Shown here: piece after piece, positions 1 through 8,449 of the stretch
How the letters are laid out: each line of letters starts with the position of its first letter
How positions within the stretch are numbered: the first letter of the stretch is position 1
Origin: Cylindrospermopsis raciborskii Cr2010
GTDB lineage: Bacteria; Cyanobacteriota; Cyanobacteriia; Cyanobacteriales; Nostocaceae
Length of the DNA: 32,000 bases
NCBI RefSeq assembly: GCF_003367075.2
Contig: NZ_CP065936.1
Coordinates: 1,800,001-1,832,000 of the forward strand
Direction of reading: 5' to 3'
The notes under the pieces: generated by a model
Told to the model about the DNA's origin: nothing
The model's database searches: none
Seen by the model: only the letters and a program-made list of their open reading frames with translations
Program-made: the position numbers and the translations under genes

Positions 1-405
1 GCACCAGCTCATTTAGATTATGGTAGTTTACAAATTGATTTAGTTCAACGCCGGGTACGTCTACAAGGGGAGTTTGTAGACTTAACACCTCAGGAGTTTA
101 GTTTACTTTATGTTTTAGCGCAAGCTGGTGGGTCACCCTTAAGTAGATCTGAGTTGCTACGTCGTGCTTGGCCAGATGCTATTGATAATCCCCGAACTAT
201 TGATACTCATGTTTTATCATTGCGGAAAAAGGTAGAACTGGATCCGCGCCAACCTAGTTTGATCCAAACCATTCGTAATGTGGGGTATAGATTTAACATG
301 GAAATTTTAAAGGCAACTGTTTCACCTGTTTTACCAGCTCAAACCAGGTTAACAAGGGAAAGATTTACTGATAATCGTGCTACTTTGGCTACTCAGAGGG
401 GTTGA
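1..405 (+). CDS. OmpR/PhoB-family response regulator, C-terminal winged-helix DNA-binding domain (5' end cut by window; possibly NblR-like)
   Basis: Frame 1 is open from base 1 (APAHLDYGSLQIDLVQRRVRLQGEFVDLTPQEFSLLYVLAQAGG...) to ...RTIDTHVLSLRKKVELDPRQPSLIQTIRNVGYRF, a typical trans_reg_C motif. The assignment to NblR is only an impression. Confidence 0.9.
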   Translation, partial: APAHLDYGSLQIDLVQRRVRLQGEFVDLTPQEFSLLYVLAQAGGSPLSRSELLRRAWPDAIDNPRTIDTHVLSLRKKVELDPRQPSLIQTIRNVGYRFNMEILKATVSPVLPAQTRLTRERFTDNRATLATQRG

Positions 406-413
406 GGTGTGCT

Positions 414-1202
414 TTACCATTCTTCTGCTGCTGTTATGAGACTAGTTTTTAGAGCATCCCATTCCACTTGTGAGCTTGCTAGGTTGGTAACAATTTGACC
501 TTGCTCAAGATGCAATAAACGATTACTAAACTCTTGGAAAATGTTAATTTGATAAGTGACCATCAAAACTGCGGTTTTTACATCTGGGCAAAGGTCAGAA
601 ATCCCTTCTATGATTCTTTCTAGCAACCAGGAAGTCTCAACTGGGTCTAGAGCGGAAATGGGTTGGTCTAACAACAGAATTTTGGGCCGGGTGACAAGAG
701 CGCGCACCAGGGCTACTAATTGCTGCTGACCCAGGGAAAGCTGTAATTCTGTCATTCCCATCCAAGTTTGAGGAATTTTTAGTCGCTCTCTCCAATATCC
801 AATTCTTTCTTCAATTTCTCCCTGAGATATATTTCTTAACAATAAAGGATATGCTAGGGATTCCCTAACTGTCATCCCCAATAGTTTAGGTTCTTGTGCT
901 ACAAGAACTACCTGTCGACGCAGTTCTACTATGGGAATTCCAGGGTATTCTTGGTTATTTAAGTAAATCTTACCACTACTAGGATCCTCTAGTCGGTTTA
1001 GTAGTCTCAGCAGTGATGTTTTTCCAGATCCCGATTTACCTACGACTATTGTGCGATCGCCTGGAAAGATTTCCCAGGAGATATTTTGCAAGATTGGATA
1101 CCCCATCATGTTTTTGGGCGATGGGGCTTTCAATTTTGCCCATAAACTAACTTGCTCCAGTTTGAGCAGGGGTGATAATTTTTCGGGAGCATCTTCAAGC
1201 AT
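414..1202 (-). CDS. ABC transporter ATP-binding protein with non-canonical catalytic motifs
   Basis: Walker A GKSGSGKTS, signature-like LSLGQQQ, Walker B ILLLDQPISALD; 262 aa. Confidence 0.9.
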   Translation of the reverse strand: MLEDAPEKLSPLLKLEQVSLWAKLKAPSPKNMMGYPILQNISWEIFPGDRTIVVGKSGSGKTSLLRLLNRLEDPSSGKIYLNNQEYPGIPIVELRRQVVLVAQEPKLLGMTVRESLAYPLLLRNISQGEIEERIGYWRERLKIPQTWMGMTELQLSLGQQQLVALVRALVTRPKILLLDQPISALDPVETSWLLERIIEGISDLCPDVKTAVLMVTYQINIFQEFSNRLLHLEQGQIVTNLASSQVEWDALKTSLITAAEEW

Positions 1203-1212
1203 TAAATCAAGG

Positions 1213-1752
1213 TTAAATCATAGAATTAGCTATATTAATAGTCCAAGCATCTACTAATAATAGGATAATAGTACAAATCAATAAGATTAAATACATCCAG
1301 GGTTGGGATAGGGGACGGACATCAGTGGTGTCCATACCTGTTTTTAACTGAACAAACTTCACTAGACGGTTGAATCCAGCAACGCGCATGGGTAACAAAT
1401 AAGCTTTACCCTCATCCGTGAGGAAATAGTAAACCAAACCTCCCTGTCCTGTGGTGCGACATTTGAGACTTTTAATTTCAGACCAGGGTAAAGACCAGTC
1501 TTGACGTAACAGTTTAGGAACCCAAACAGGATAGGTGACTTGAATTTCTTGTTCATTGACAATTACTCTTTGAGTGAGGACTGCATATAATGCCACCAAT
1601 CCAATTATTATCCCTAACCATAATAGTAGTGGTGTGACAGGTGCTTGTGTAACTTCCGCTAAAAATGGTAAAGGTAGTGTTAAGGCTATATAGAGTGTTA
1701 GAAGAGTAATCCTAATCAACGGAGAAAGGAAAAACGTGGTGCTTTCAGTCAT
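1213..1752 (-). CDS. Hypothetical membrane protein, PH-like/YcxB-like topology (two N-terminal TMs, soluble middle, C-terminal TM)
   Basis: Open frame; the likely ATG is at MTESTTFFLSP (1752), internal to the longer ORF 1213..1851. Hydrophobic segments are visible in the translation. Confidence 0.7.
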   Translation of the reverse strand: MTESTTFFLSPLIRITLLTLYIALTLPLPFLAEVTQAPVTPLLLWLGIIIGLVALYAVLTQRVIVNEQEIQVTYPVWVPKLLRQDWSLPWSEIKSLKCRTTGQGGLVYYFLTDEGKAYLLPMRVAGFNRLVKFVQLKTGMDTTDVRPLSQPWMYLILLICTIILLLVDAWTINIANSMI

Positions 1753-1974
1753 AGACTTTCTAGGACAGAATCCAGATGTGGGATTGAGAGGGGTATTATA
1801 TCTTATCATAAATCTAAAAAACCAGTGGCAAAACCGGAAGGAACCTTCCAATTTTCGATAGAAATAATGCAGAAAATTCCAGTTGGTAGTCCCAGTTACA
1901 GCAATTGGGGATCATTGAGTGCTAAAGTTAAATATGTAATGTAAAATTGCGGCGTAATAAGCTCCTCAGCAGTT

Positions 1975-2376
1975 ATGGCTCAAATATTAGATTCTCTACC
2001 ACCAGAGCAATCGGGGAAAATCCTCTGCTGCTACATCAATGCTACGAGTAAAATCCAGGTAGCTCGTATCTCTAACGTTCCTAATTGGTATTTTGAAAGA
2101 GTTATCTTTCCCGGACAGCGACTTGTATTTGAAGCTCCTAAATATGCTCAAATGGAAATTCATACGGGAATGATGGCTAGTGCAATTCTCTCCGATACTA
2201 TACCCTGCGATCGCCTAAGATTGACAGAAACAGATGAAGATGAGAATGATGGAAACCAGACACTAGCAGTAGATGTTGATAACAATCGTGATATTTCTAG
2301 CGAAATTCATAAACAATTCGCATTGTTAGAAGCAAGAACACTTGCGAGTTATTCAACCTCCTACAGTAAGGATTAA
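1975..2376 (+). CDS. DUF1830-like conserved cyanobacterial protein
   Basis: 133-aa ORF, MAQILDSLPPEQSGKILCCYINATSKIQVARISNVPNWYFERVIFPGQRLVFEAP..., matching my recollection of the family. Confidence 0.7.
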   Translation: MAQILDSLPPEQSGKILCCYINATSKIQVARISNVPNWYFERVIFPGQRLVFEAPKYAQMEIHTGMMASAILSDTIPCDRLRLTETDEDENDGNQTLAVDVDNNRDISSEIHKQFALLEARTLASYSTSYSKD

Positions 2377-2497
2377 AGATTATTCTGCAACTACTCCAAT
2401 TGACTCAATCATGACTGAGCATGTGAATTAAACAGTTGTGCTTTTTTAACCCCCGATTAATATGTTGTGATTAGAAAAAAATATCCTTGTTAACCAC

Positions 2498-2524
2498 AAA
2501 GGTGCTAATTTCAGCACCTTTTTT
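2498..2524 (+). terminator. Rho-independent terminator-like hairpin
   Basis: AAAGGTGCTaatttcAGCACCTTTTTT: inverted repeat followed by T run, between the DUF1830 and DUF4079 genes. Confidence 0.75.
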
Positions 2525-2612
2525 ATGGAAATACACACCAAATGTTAGGATAATCGAGATTGAAACCGTAAGAAAACCATAAACTACTAAATTTTACTCA
2601 ACAAGACTTAAT

Positions 2613-3071
2613 ATGCACCTACCTTCTTTTTTATGGCTATGGAGAATAGCTGCCTGGTCTATGGGTCTAGCCATTTTCGTCTATACTATTCTAGCTATTA
2701 CAGCTTACTGGTTATGGCAAGTCAGAACTAATGGTAGATCTCCCTTAGGCCTAGTTGTGCCAAAAGTCAATAATTTGGTAAAAGCCTTTCATTATCTTCT
2801 TGGTATTACCCTAATATTTTTAGTATTATTACTGTTATTAATTGGTATAGTTGGTACATTAGGGCATTTTGGATCCCTAGGGCATTCTTCCCATTTATTT
2901 GCTGGATTAACCGTAGTCATACTAGTTCTGACTTCCGCTCTTAGTGCTACTCAAATTAGTCAGGGCAAATTTTGGGCCAGACCCTTACACATCACCCTCA
3001 ATGCAATTTTGTTTTTCGGTTTTGCTTGGGTCTGTCTCACAGGTTGGAATGTGGTTCAAAAGTATTTATAA
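2613..3071 (+). CDS. DUF4079-like integral membrane protein
   Basis: 152-aa ORF with about 4 TM segments; HSSHLFAGL and ARPLHITLNAILFFGF segments. Confidence 0.65.
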   Translation: MHLPSFLWLWRIAAWSMGLAIFVYTILAITAYWLWQVRTNGRSPLGLVVPKVNNLVKAFHYLLGITLIFLVLLLLLIGIVGTLGHFGSLGHSSHLFAGLTVVILVLTSALSATQISQGKFWARPLHITLNAILFFGFAWVCLTGWNVVQKYL

Positions 3072-3122
3072 TAGTAGATGAATTGAGTTTTTAACCTCAA
3101 AAATCCCCGATAACTTGGCAAG

Positions 3123-4718
3123 ATGGCAGTTAAAACAACCATGATGGCAAACCGAATACTCTATGTTCGTCTTCCCTGTAACCCCATCTTTCCTATTGGG
3201 GTAGTTTACCTTTGTGATCATGTTCACAAACAATTCCCTGACATTGAACAAAGAATTTTTGACCTGGGAACAGTTCCACCCCTGGACTATGATGCTGCGC
3301 TGGATAGATGTATAGACGAATTTCAACCCACACTATTAGTTTTTTCTTGGCGAGATATTCAAATATATGCTCCCGTGGGTGGTAGAGGTGGGAACCCTTT
3401 ACAAAACGCCTTTGAATTTTACTACGCTAAAAACCCCCTAATCAAACTCAGGGGGGCTTTGGGTGGGTTGCGCATCTTCATTGCCTATTATTTAGAACTG
3501 TGGCGAAACCTGGGTTTAATCCGGGGTGGGATGAAACGCGCCAAAAAATACCAGGCTCAAGCACGTGCAGTGGTTGGTGGTGGAGCAGTGAGTGTATTTT
3601 ATGAACAGTTGGGAAAAAGTTTACCCAAAGGAACAATTGTTTCCGTGGGGGAAGGAGAAACCTTACTGACTAAATATCTTAAAGGAGAAGAATTCCGTGA
3701 TGAACGCTGTTATGTGGTAGGGCAAAATGCTCCCCGTCAACGGTTAATTCACGAACAACCAACCCCCTTAGAAAAAACCGCTTGTAACTACGACTATATC
3801 GAGACCGTTTGGCCGGAATTCAACTATTATTTACAGGACAAAGATTTTTATATTGGAGTACAAACCAAGCGTGGTTGTCCCCATAACTGTTGCTACTGCG
3901 TATACACTGTAGTAGAAGGTAAACAAGTTCGTATTAACCCTGCTGATGAAGTGGTAGCTGAAATTAGACAGTTATATGAACGTGGGGTTCGTAACTTCTG
4001 GTTTACTGATGCTCAATTTATCCCTGCTCGTAAGTATATTGATGATGCCATAGAACTATTAGGGAAAATAGTTGATTCTGGTATGACGGATATCCATTGG
4101 GCCGCCTATATTAGAGCAGACAACTTAACACCTGAACTGTGTCAGTTGATGGCTAAAACTGGCATGAATTACTTTGAAATTGGTATTACTAGCGGTTCTC
4201 AGGAACTTGTACGCAAAATGCGTATGGGTTATAACTTGCGCACGGTTTTACAAAACTGCCGAGATCTAAAATCAGCGGGTTTTAATGATTTAGTTTCCGT
4301 CAACTACTCTTTCAATGTTATTGATGAAAGTTTTGAAACCATTCGTCAAACTATTGCCTATCATCGAGAGCTAGAAAGAATATTTGGCAGTGATAAGGTG
4401 GAACCGGCAATTTTCTTTATTGGATTGCAACCCCATACCCATCTAGAAGAATATGCGTTTAAAACTGGTGTCCTCAAACCAGGTTATAATCCTATGAGTT
4501 TAATGCCATGGACAGCTAAAAAACTTCTGTGGAACCCAGAACCACTAGGTTCCTTTTTTGGAGAAGTATGTTTACAGGCCTGGCGTCGTAATCCTAACGA
4601 TTTCGGAAGAGAGGTAATGAACATCTTAGAAGAACAGTTAGGTTGTGCTGACTTGGAATCAGCATTGACAGCTCCCATGGAAAGGAATCAGCCACAACAT
4701 TTGACTAGTGTATCTTAA
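3123..4718 (+). CDS. B12-binding-domain radical SAM protein; probably the family annotated as photosystem II high-light-acclimation radical SAM protein
   Basis: 531 aa; radical SAM cysteine motif CPHNCCYC (CxxxCxxC) in KRGCPHNCCYCVY; N-terminal cobalamin-binding-like region. The family name is from memory. Confidence 0.8.
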   Translation: MAVKTTMMANRILYVRLPCNPIFPIGVVYLCDHVHKQFPDIEQRIFDLGTVPPLDYDAALDRCIDEFQPTLLVFSWRDIQIYAPVGGRGGNPLQNAFEFYYAKNPLIKLRGALGGLRIFIAYYLELWRNLGLIRGGMKRAKKYQAQARAVVGGGAVSVFYEQLGKSLPKGTIVSVGEGETLLTKYLKGEEFRDERCYVVGQNAPRQRLIHEQPTPLEKTACNYDYIETVWPEFNYYLQDKDFYIGVQTKRGCPHNCCYCVYTVVEGKQVRINPADEVVAEIRQLYERGVRNFWFTDAQFIPARKYIDDAIELLGKIVDSGMTDIHWAAYIRADNLTPELCQLMAKTGMNYFEIGITSGSQELVRKMRMGYNLRTVLQNCRDLKSAGFNDLVSVNYSFNVIDESFETIRQTIAYHRELERIFGSDKVEPAIFFIGLQPHTHLEEYAFKTGVLKPGYNPMSLMPWTAKKLLWNPEPLGSFFGEVCLQAWRRNPNDFGREVMNILEEQLGCADLESALTAPMERNQPQHLTSVS

Positions 4719-4744
4719 AATCATTATCCCACCCCCCTCCTCTC

Positions 4745-6025
4745 ATGTTAAAAGGTTCTATTCTCCAACAACTAGAAACCGTTTGTCGCCATAGTAACCG
4801 ATCTATTCGCTATGGAGTGTATTATAAAAATACCTTGGTCTCTCTCTGTCACGCACTGGAAGACCATATTCTAGACAAGAGAGAGCAACCTATAGTAATT
4901 ACTTGTTTTCAGCGCGGTAAATGGTATTTGCAAGAAGCCGATAGATACAGGGATATAGCTGCATGTAGTCAAGACGTCGTAATTATGGCTACTGATGATG
5001 CGGGTTTTGCAGCACATTCCACCAGTCAACTGCCAAACGTCAATTTGGTGGAGTTGAACACCACAGATCCCTTATCTCAAGAATGGCATTTAATTATTTT
5101 GGCCCCTAGCTACGCATCAATGGTTATTTGTCAAGAATTATCGGATGCGGATTATGGCATGCAGGGTTTGCCAACTTCTGACCTAGAAAGAAAGTTTTAT
5201 GGAATGTGGACCTTTGAGCCAGATTTAGTCCTCAAAACTACAGAACTGGCGATCGCCCATATAGAAAATTACAATCAGGAATTGGCACACAAGCTCAATA
5301 GCCATAAACAGATAATTGAGACGCAAATGGCTTCTTCTGAGGAGGTTGAGGTAATTGTATCTCGTGTCATTGAGTACCTAAAGAGTAGTGAAAACACTGT
5401 TACATCTGCCACGGGGAAAAACTCCCTCAGTCGTAACTTAGTTTCTAATGAATTACAAGCTTTGTTACGAATGGCTGAATTGATAGAGATGAGAGATATT
5501 GAGAATCCCATGGCTGCGGTTCAGGTAGCAGGAATGGCAGAAGTTATGGCACAATTACTTGACCTTCCCCCATGGCAAATTAAAAGGTTACGTTTAGCCG
5601 CTTTACTCCATCGTATATATAACCTGAAACAAAATAAAACCAATGGGGAAGTGCAGGTGTTAGACAGGATGCCAGAATTGCAGGACATAGCTCAAATAAT
5701 TATCCATCAGAATGAGTGGTGGAATGGCAATGGTGTTCCGGAGGGGTTGTCGGGGGAAGAAATACCTTTAGAGTCCAGAATTCTAGCTTTACTGATGGAA
5801 TTTCAACGGGAGATTAACCAACAGCACAAAAATCCACAAAGTATGGAGGATATGTTTGCCCTCGCTTTGTCCAAATGTAAACAGCAAGAGCAGACTCGCT
5901 TTGACCCTGAACTAATAAATACCCTTAATTTATTAGTCCTAGGTTTACAACAGGGACTGGATCTACCTTGTATGACACCCAAATTTAGTAATAGTATGTG
6001 GTTAATTGATTCCCGACAGTCATGA
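4745..6025 (+). CDS. DICT sensory domain protein with C-terminal degenerate HD/HD-GYP-like domain
   Basis: N-terminus resembles DICT domains; the C-terminus has LRLAALLHRIYNL ... HQNEWWNGNGVPEGLSGEEIPLESRILAL, an HD-GYP-like pattern. Confidence 0.75.
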   Translation: MLKGSILQQLETVCRHSNRSIRYGVYYKNTLVSLCHALEDHILDKREQPIVITCFQRGKWYLQEADRYRDIAACSQDVVIMATDDAGFAAHSTSQLPNVNLVELNTTDPLSQEWHLIILAPSYASMVICQELSDADYGMQGLPTSDLERKFYGMWTFEPDLVLKTTELAIAHIENYNQELAHKLNSHKQIIETQMASSEEVEVIVSRVIEYLKSSENTVTSATGKNSLSRNLVSNELQALLRMAELIEMRDIENPMAAVQVAGMAEVMAQLLDLPPWQIKRLRLAALLHRIYNLKQNKTNGEVQVLDRMPELQDIAQIIIHQNEWWNGNGVPEGLSGEEIPLESRILALLMEFQREINQQHKNPQSMEDMFALALSKCKQQEQTRFDPELINTLNLLVLGLQQGLDLPCMTPKFSNSMWLIDSRQS

Positions 6026-6696
6026 TTCAACCAATCTCAAATCTAAGAGCCAAAATGAACATAGAAACTCTAAAATCAGAAAAAACTAAACAACTACCAG
6101 GAGCAAATTTAGAAGACCAGGATCTGTCTGAATTTGACCTAACTGCTGTGAATTTAGCGGGTGCTAATTTAATGGGCGCTCATTTAGTCAGTGCTAACCT
6201 GGAGGGATCACATCTTGAGGGAGCCAACTTAATAGGTGCAAGTTTGCAAGGAGCAGATTTGCGAGCAAACCTGCTAGGGGCTAATCTGATGCAAGCAGAT
6301 CTCACTGGTGCAGATCTGAGGGGAAGTAATTTACGAGGCGCAAATTTAATGGGTGCTACAGTTGCGGGAGCATCTTTAACCGCAGCTTTTCTCAGCGGTG
6401 CTAACCTGATGAGTGTTAACTTCCAGGGGGTTGACCTCCGGGGTGCTGATCTACGAGGTGCTAATCTTACCGGAGCAAACCTTAAAGGTGCTGATTTGAG
6501 TCGTGCAGACCTACAAGGAGCATTATTAAATCAAGCGAATCTAGAAGAGTCTGATTTAAGAGGAGCCAATCTAGCCGGAGCAAATTTGGCCGGAGCTAAT
6601 TTGCTTTGTGCTGAGCTAGAAGCAGCTAGCCTAAATGGAGCTAATTTATATCAAGCTTGTTTATTGGGTACAATTCTAGAAACTTATCATGATTAA
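6022..6696 (+). CDS. Pentapeptide repeat protein
   Basis: Tandem A(D/N)LxG(A/S) repeats through most of the protein; start overlaps the upstream stop (ATGA at 6022-6025). Confidence 0.95.
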   Translation: MIQPISNLRAKMNIETLKSEKTKQLPGANLEDQDLSEFDLTAVNLAGANLMGAHLVSANLEGSHLEGANLIGASLQGADLRANLLGANLMQADLTGADLRGSNLRGANLMGATVAGASLTAAFLSGANLMSVNFQGVDLRGADLRGANLTGANLKGADLSRADLQGALLNQANLEESDLRGANLAGANLAGANLLCAELEAASLNGANLYQACLLGTILETYHD

Positions 6697-6712
6697 CAAG
6701 TGTCAATAGAAT

Positions 6713-6731
6713 TCCCCGGATTTATCGGGGG
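6713..6731 (+). terminator. Possible weak terminator/hairpin
   Basis: CCCCGgatttatCGGGG immediately after the pentapeptide gene; weak T tract. Confidence 0.35.
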
Positions 6732-6764
6732 TTTCACCATTATATTAAAAACATAGGATAAGAT

Positions 6765-6848
6765 ATGAGTAACTTTGCGGAATGGTTGACCGTTTTTGCA
6801 TACTTGGGATTTGCCCTATTTATTATTTGGGCTATTTTTAAAAAATAG
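6765..6848 (+). CDS. Small single-TM peptide (27 aa), MSNFAEWLTVFAYLGFALFIIWAIFKK
   Basis: ATG with purine-rich AGGATAAG upstream; strongly hydrophobic helix followed by basic KK end; below the ORF-track cutoff. Confidence 0.4.
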   Translation: MSNFAEWLTVFAYLGFALFIIWAIFKK

Positions 6849-6988
6849 AATTATTTATTGTTTGTTTTGATTATTTGGCAAGTTTTTAAAAACCAAAATA
6901 ACAGTCCTGATTCTGTTGTTTATCACTTGCTAAATGGGTTGTGCTACATATAAACTACTTCAAGAGATTCTTGGAAGGAAAAATAAAC

Positions 6989-7426
6989 ATGGCTCTGATT
7001 GATGGTCTAAAAAATGATGATAAAAGACAAATGCTGGTAGCTGATTGCATGAACCTATTGGAAACACGAGTTGCCAATATTGGAGGTATTTCTGGCATTG
7101 CTATTAAAGCTGGCTATGCTACTATTAAGGGAATAAGTCCCAAGTATTGTGCTGGGGCGGTTGAACGTCTTTTACCAGAGTCTTTTGCTGCACTTGAACC
7201 ATTATGGAATGAGGGATTAGAAGCGGGAGACGCGGTAACCCACCTCACCCAAAATCGCTCTCGTACAGCAGATGCGATATTTAGTGTTACTGATATTCGC
7301 ATTGAAAAAAGCACTAATTCCACCATCAAGGGTGTTTATGGCAAACTACGAGTACCAGTCAAAAAGCATGTGGAAGAAGTAGTACCTGATTTAGCCCAGA
7401 TTCTTGACAAGTACGCTAAAAATTAG
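6989..7426 (+). CDS. Conserved hypothetical protein (145 aa)
   Basis: MALIDGLKNDDKRQMLVADCMNLLETRV...; ATG at 6989 preceded by GGAAGGAA. This start is preferred over the 6941 start. Confidence 0.75.
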   Translation: MALIDGLKNDDKRQMLVADCMNLLETRVANIGGISGIAIKAGYATIKGISPKYCAGAVERLLPESFAALEPLWNEGLEAGDAVTHLTQNRSRTADAIFSVTDIRIEKSTNSTIKGVYGKLRVPVKKHVEEVVPDLAQILDKYAKN

Positions 7427-7508
7427 AACTGGAGATTTTATAGGATGGGTTAGGGGTGGCGTAACCCAACCCACGTTCATCTTATATTTTTTAATTCCAA
7501 CCACCCAC

Positions 7509-8396
7509 TTACAGGTTATCAACTTGGCTTTCAATTACCTTCTGAATATTGGGAGAAACAGTAGACAGAAAATCATATCCTGTTAATTCTTCTAACTTGT
7601 CAACACTGGTTCTAAAGAGTCTCCAATTGTTATCCAGTTGTTCATCATTGGGAATATTGACAGCAATCACACGAGTGTTGACATTCACATCTTGCAGTCC
7701 CAAACCAGGGCCATCTAAAACCACAATAATCTTCCAGGTGTATTGGGGAATTGTCACCAAATTTTTCAGTTTACCTTTGTCACCAGTCCCACCAGCAATA
7801 ATATAAAGTTGCTTTCCTTCCTCAGCTAATTTCATACTATAGTCCTCTAAATTACCCCAGGTATTACGATTGTTGTCGGGTGTTTGAGGAATAATATTAG
7901 TCATTAAAAAAGTGGCTGAATTGTCTTCCACACTCTGGGTTCTGTCTGCTGATCTGGCAATGTGACCTCTATCGTATCCTGAACTATTGTAAACACTTGG
8001 TTTTATACGTGGCCAACTATCAGGTAGGGTGTCATCCGGTCTAAAATTGTCTTGGCGTTTAGCATCTCCTAACCAGGATTTATCAAGTTGCCAAGCAACC
8101 CAGTTAGCACTACCATGACTCCGATTGTAGGACAATGCATATTGAGGTTTTATCATTAGGTAATTATCTGGATTGTCAAGACTGGATGTGGCATTACTGG
8201 GATTACCTAATAATAGGTGAGTAGATTTCCCAATGTTTTGTACTGTATCTGGTTTCGGTGGTAGTGATATTGCCTTTGCTGGTAGAAACGAGGTTAGTAC
8301 AATCAGTGTCAAGTTAATAAATAGACAAAAAGCCGCAAAAATAATACGGTTTAGTGTGGACATTGATAGAAAATATATTTTTTTCAATTCTTTCAT
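7509..8396 (-). CDS. nucA: Secreted DNA/RNA non-specific endonuclease (NucA-like)
   Basis: Hydrophobic signal-like N-terminus; DRGHIARSADR active-site motif and TNIIPQTPDNNRNTWGNLEDY metal-binding region. The alternative start MSTLNR is at 8363. Confidence 0.9.
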   Translation of the reverse strand: MKELKKIYFLSMSTLNRIIFAAFCLFINLTLIVLTSFLPAKAISLPPKPDTVQNIGKSTHLLLGNPSNATSSLDNPDNYLMIKPQYALSYNRSHGSANWVAWQLDKSWLGDAKRQDNFRPDDTLPDSWPRIKPSVYNSSGYDRGHIARSADRTQSVEDNSATFLMTNIIPQTPDNNRNTWGNLEDYSMKLAEEGKQLYIIAGGTGDKGKLKNLVTIPQYTWKIIVVLDGPGLGLQDVNVNTRVIAVNIPNDEQLDNNWRLFRTSVDKLEELTGYDFLSTVSPNIQKVIESQVDNL

Positions 8397-8449
8397 GGTT
8401 TATAACCATTCCATTAAGAGATTATAACAAGATGACAAGAGCATTTACT

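Noticed and set aside
6022-6696. Repetitive DNA in the pentapeptide gene could suggest a repeat array
   Set aside because: The 15-bp periodicity is explained by A(D/N)LxG codon repeats; no spacers, not CRISPR.
6697-6735. gtgtcaatagaattCCCCGgatttatCGGGGgtttcac looked like a third copy of the candidate element end
   Set aside because: TGTCAA is on the wrong side of the hairpin and the distal flank does not match; a plain post-gene hairpin/terminator is simpler.
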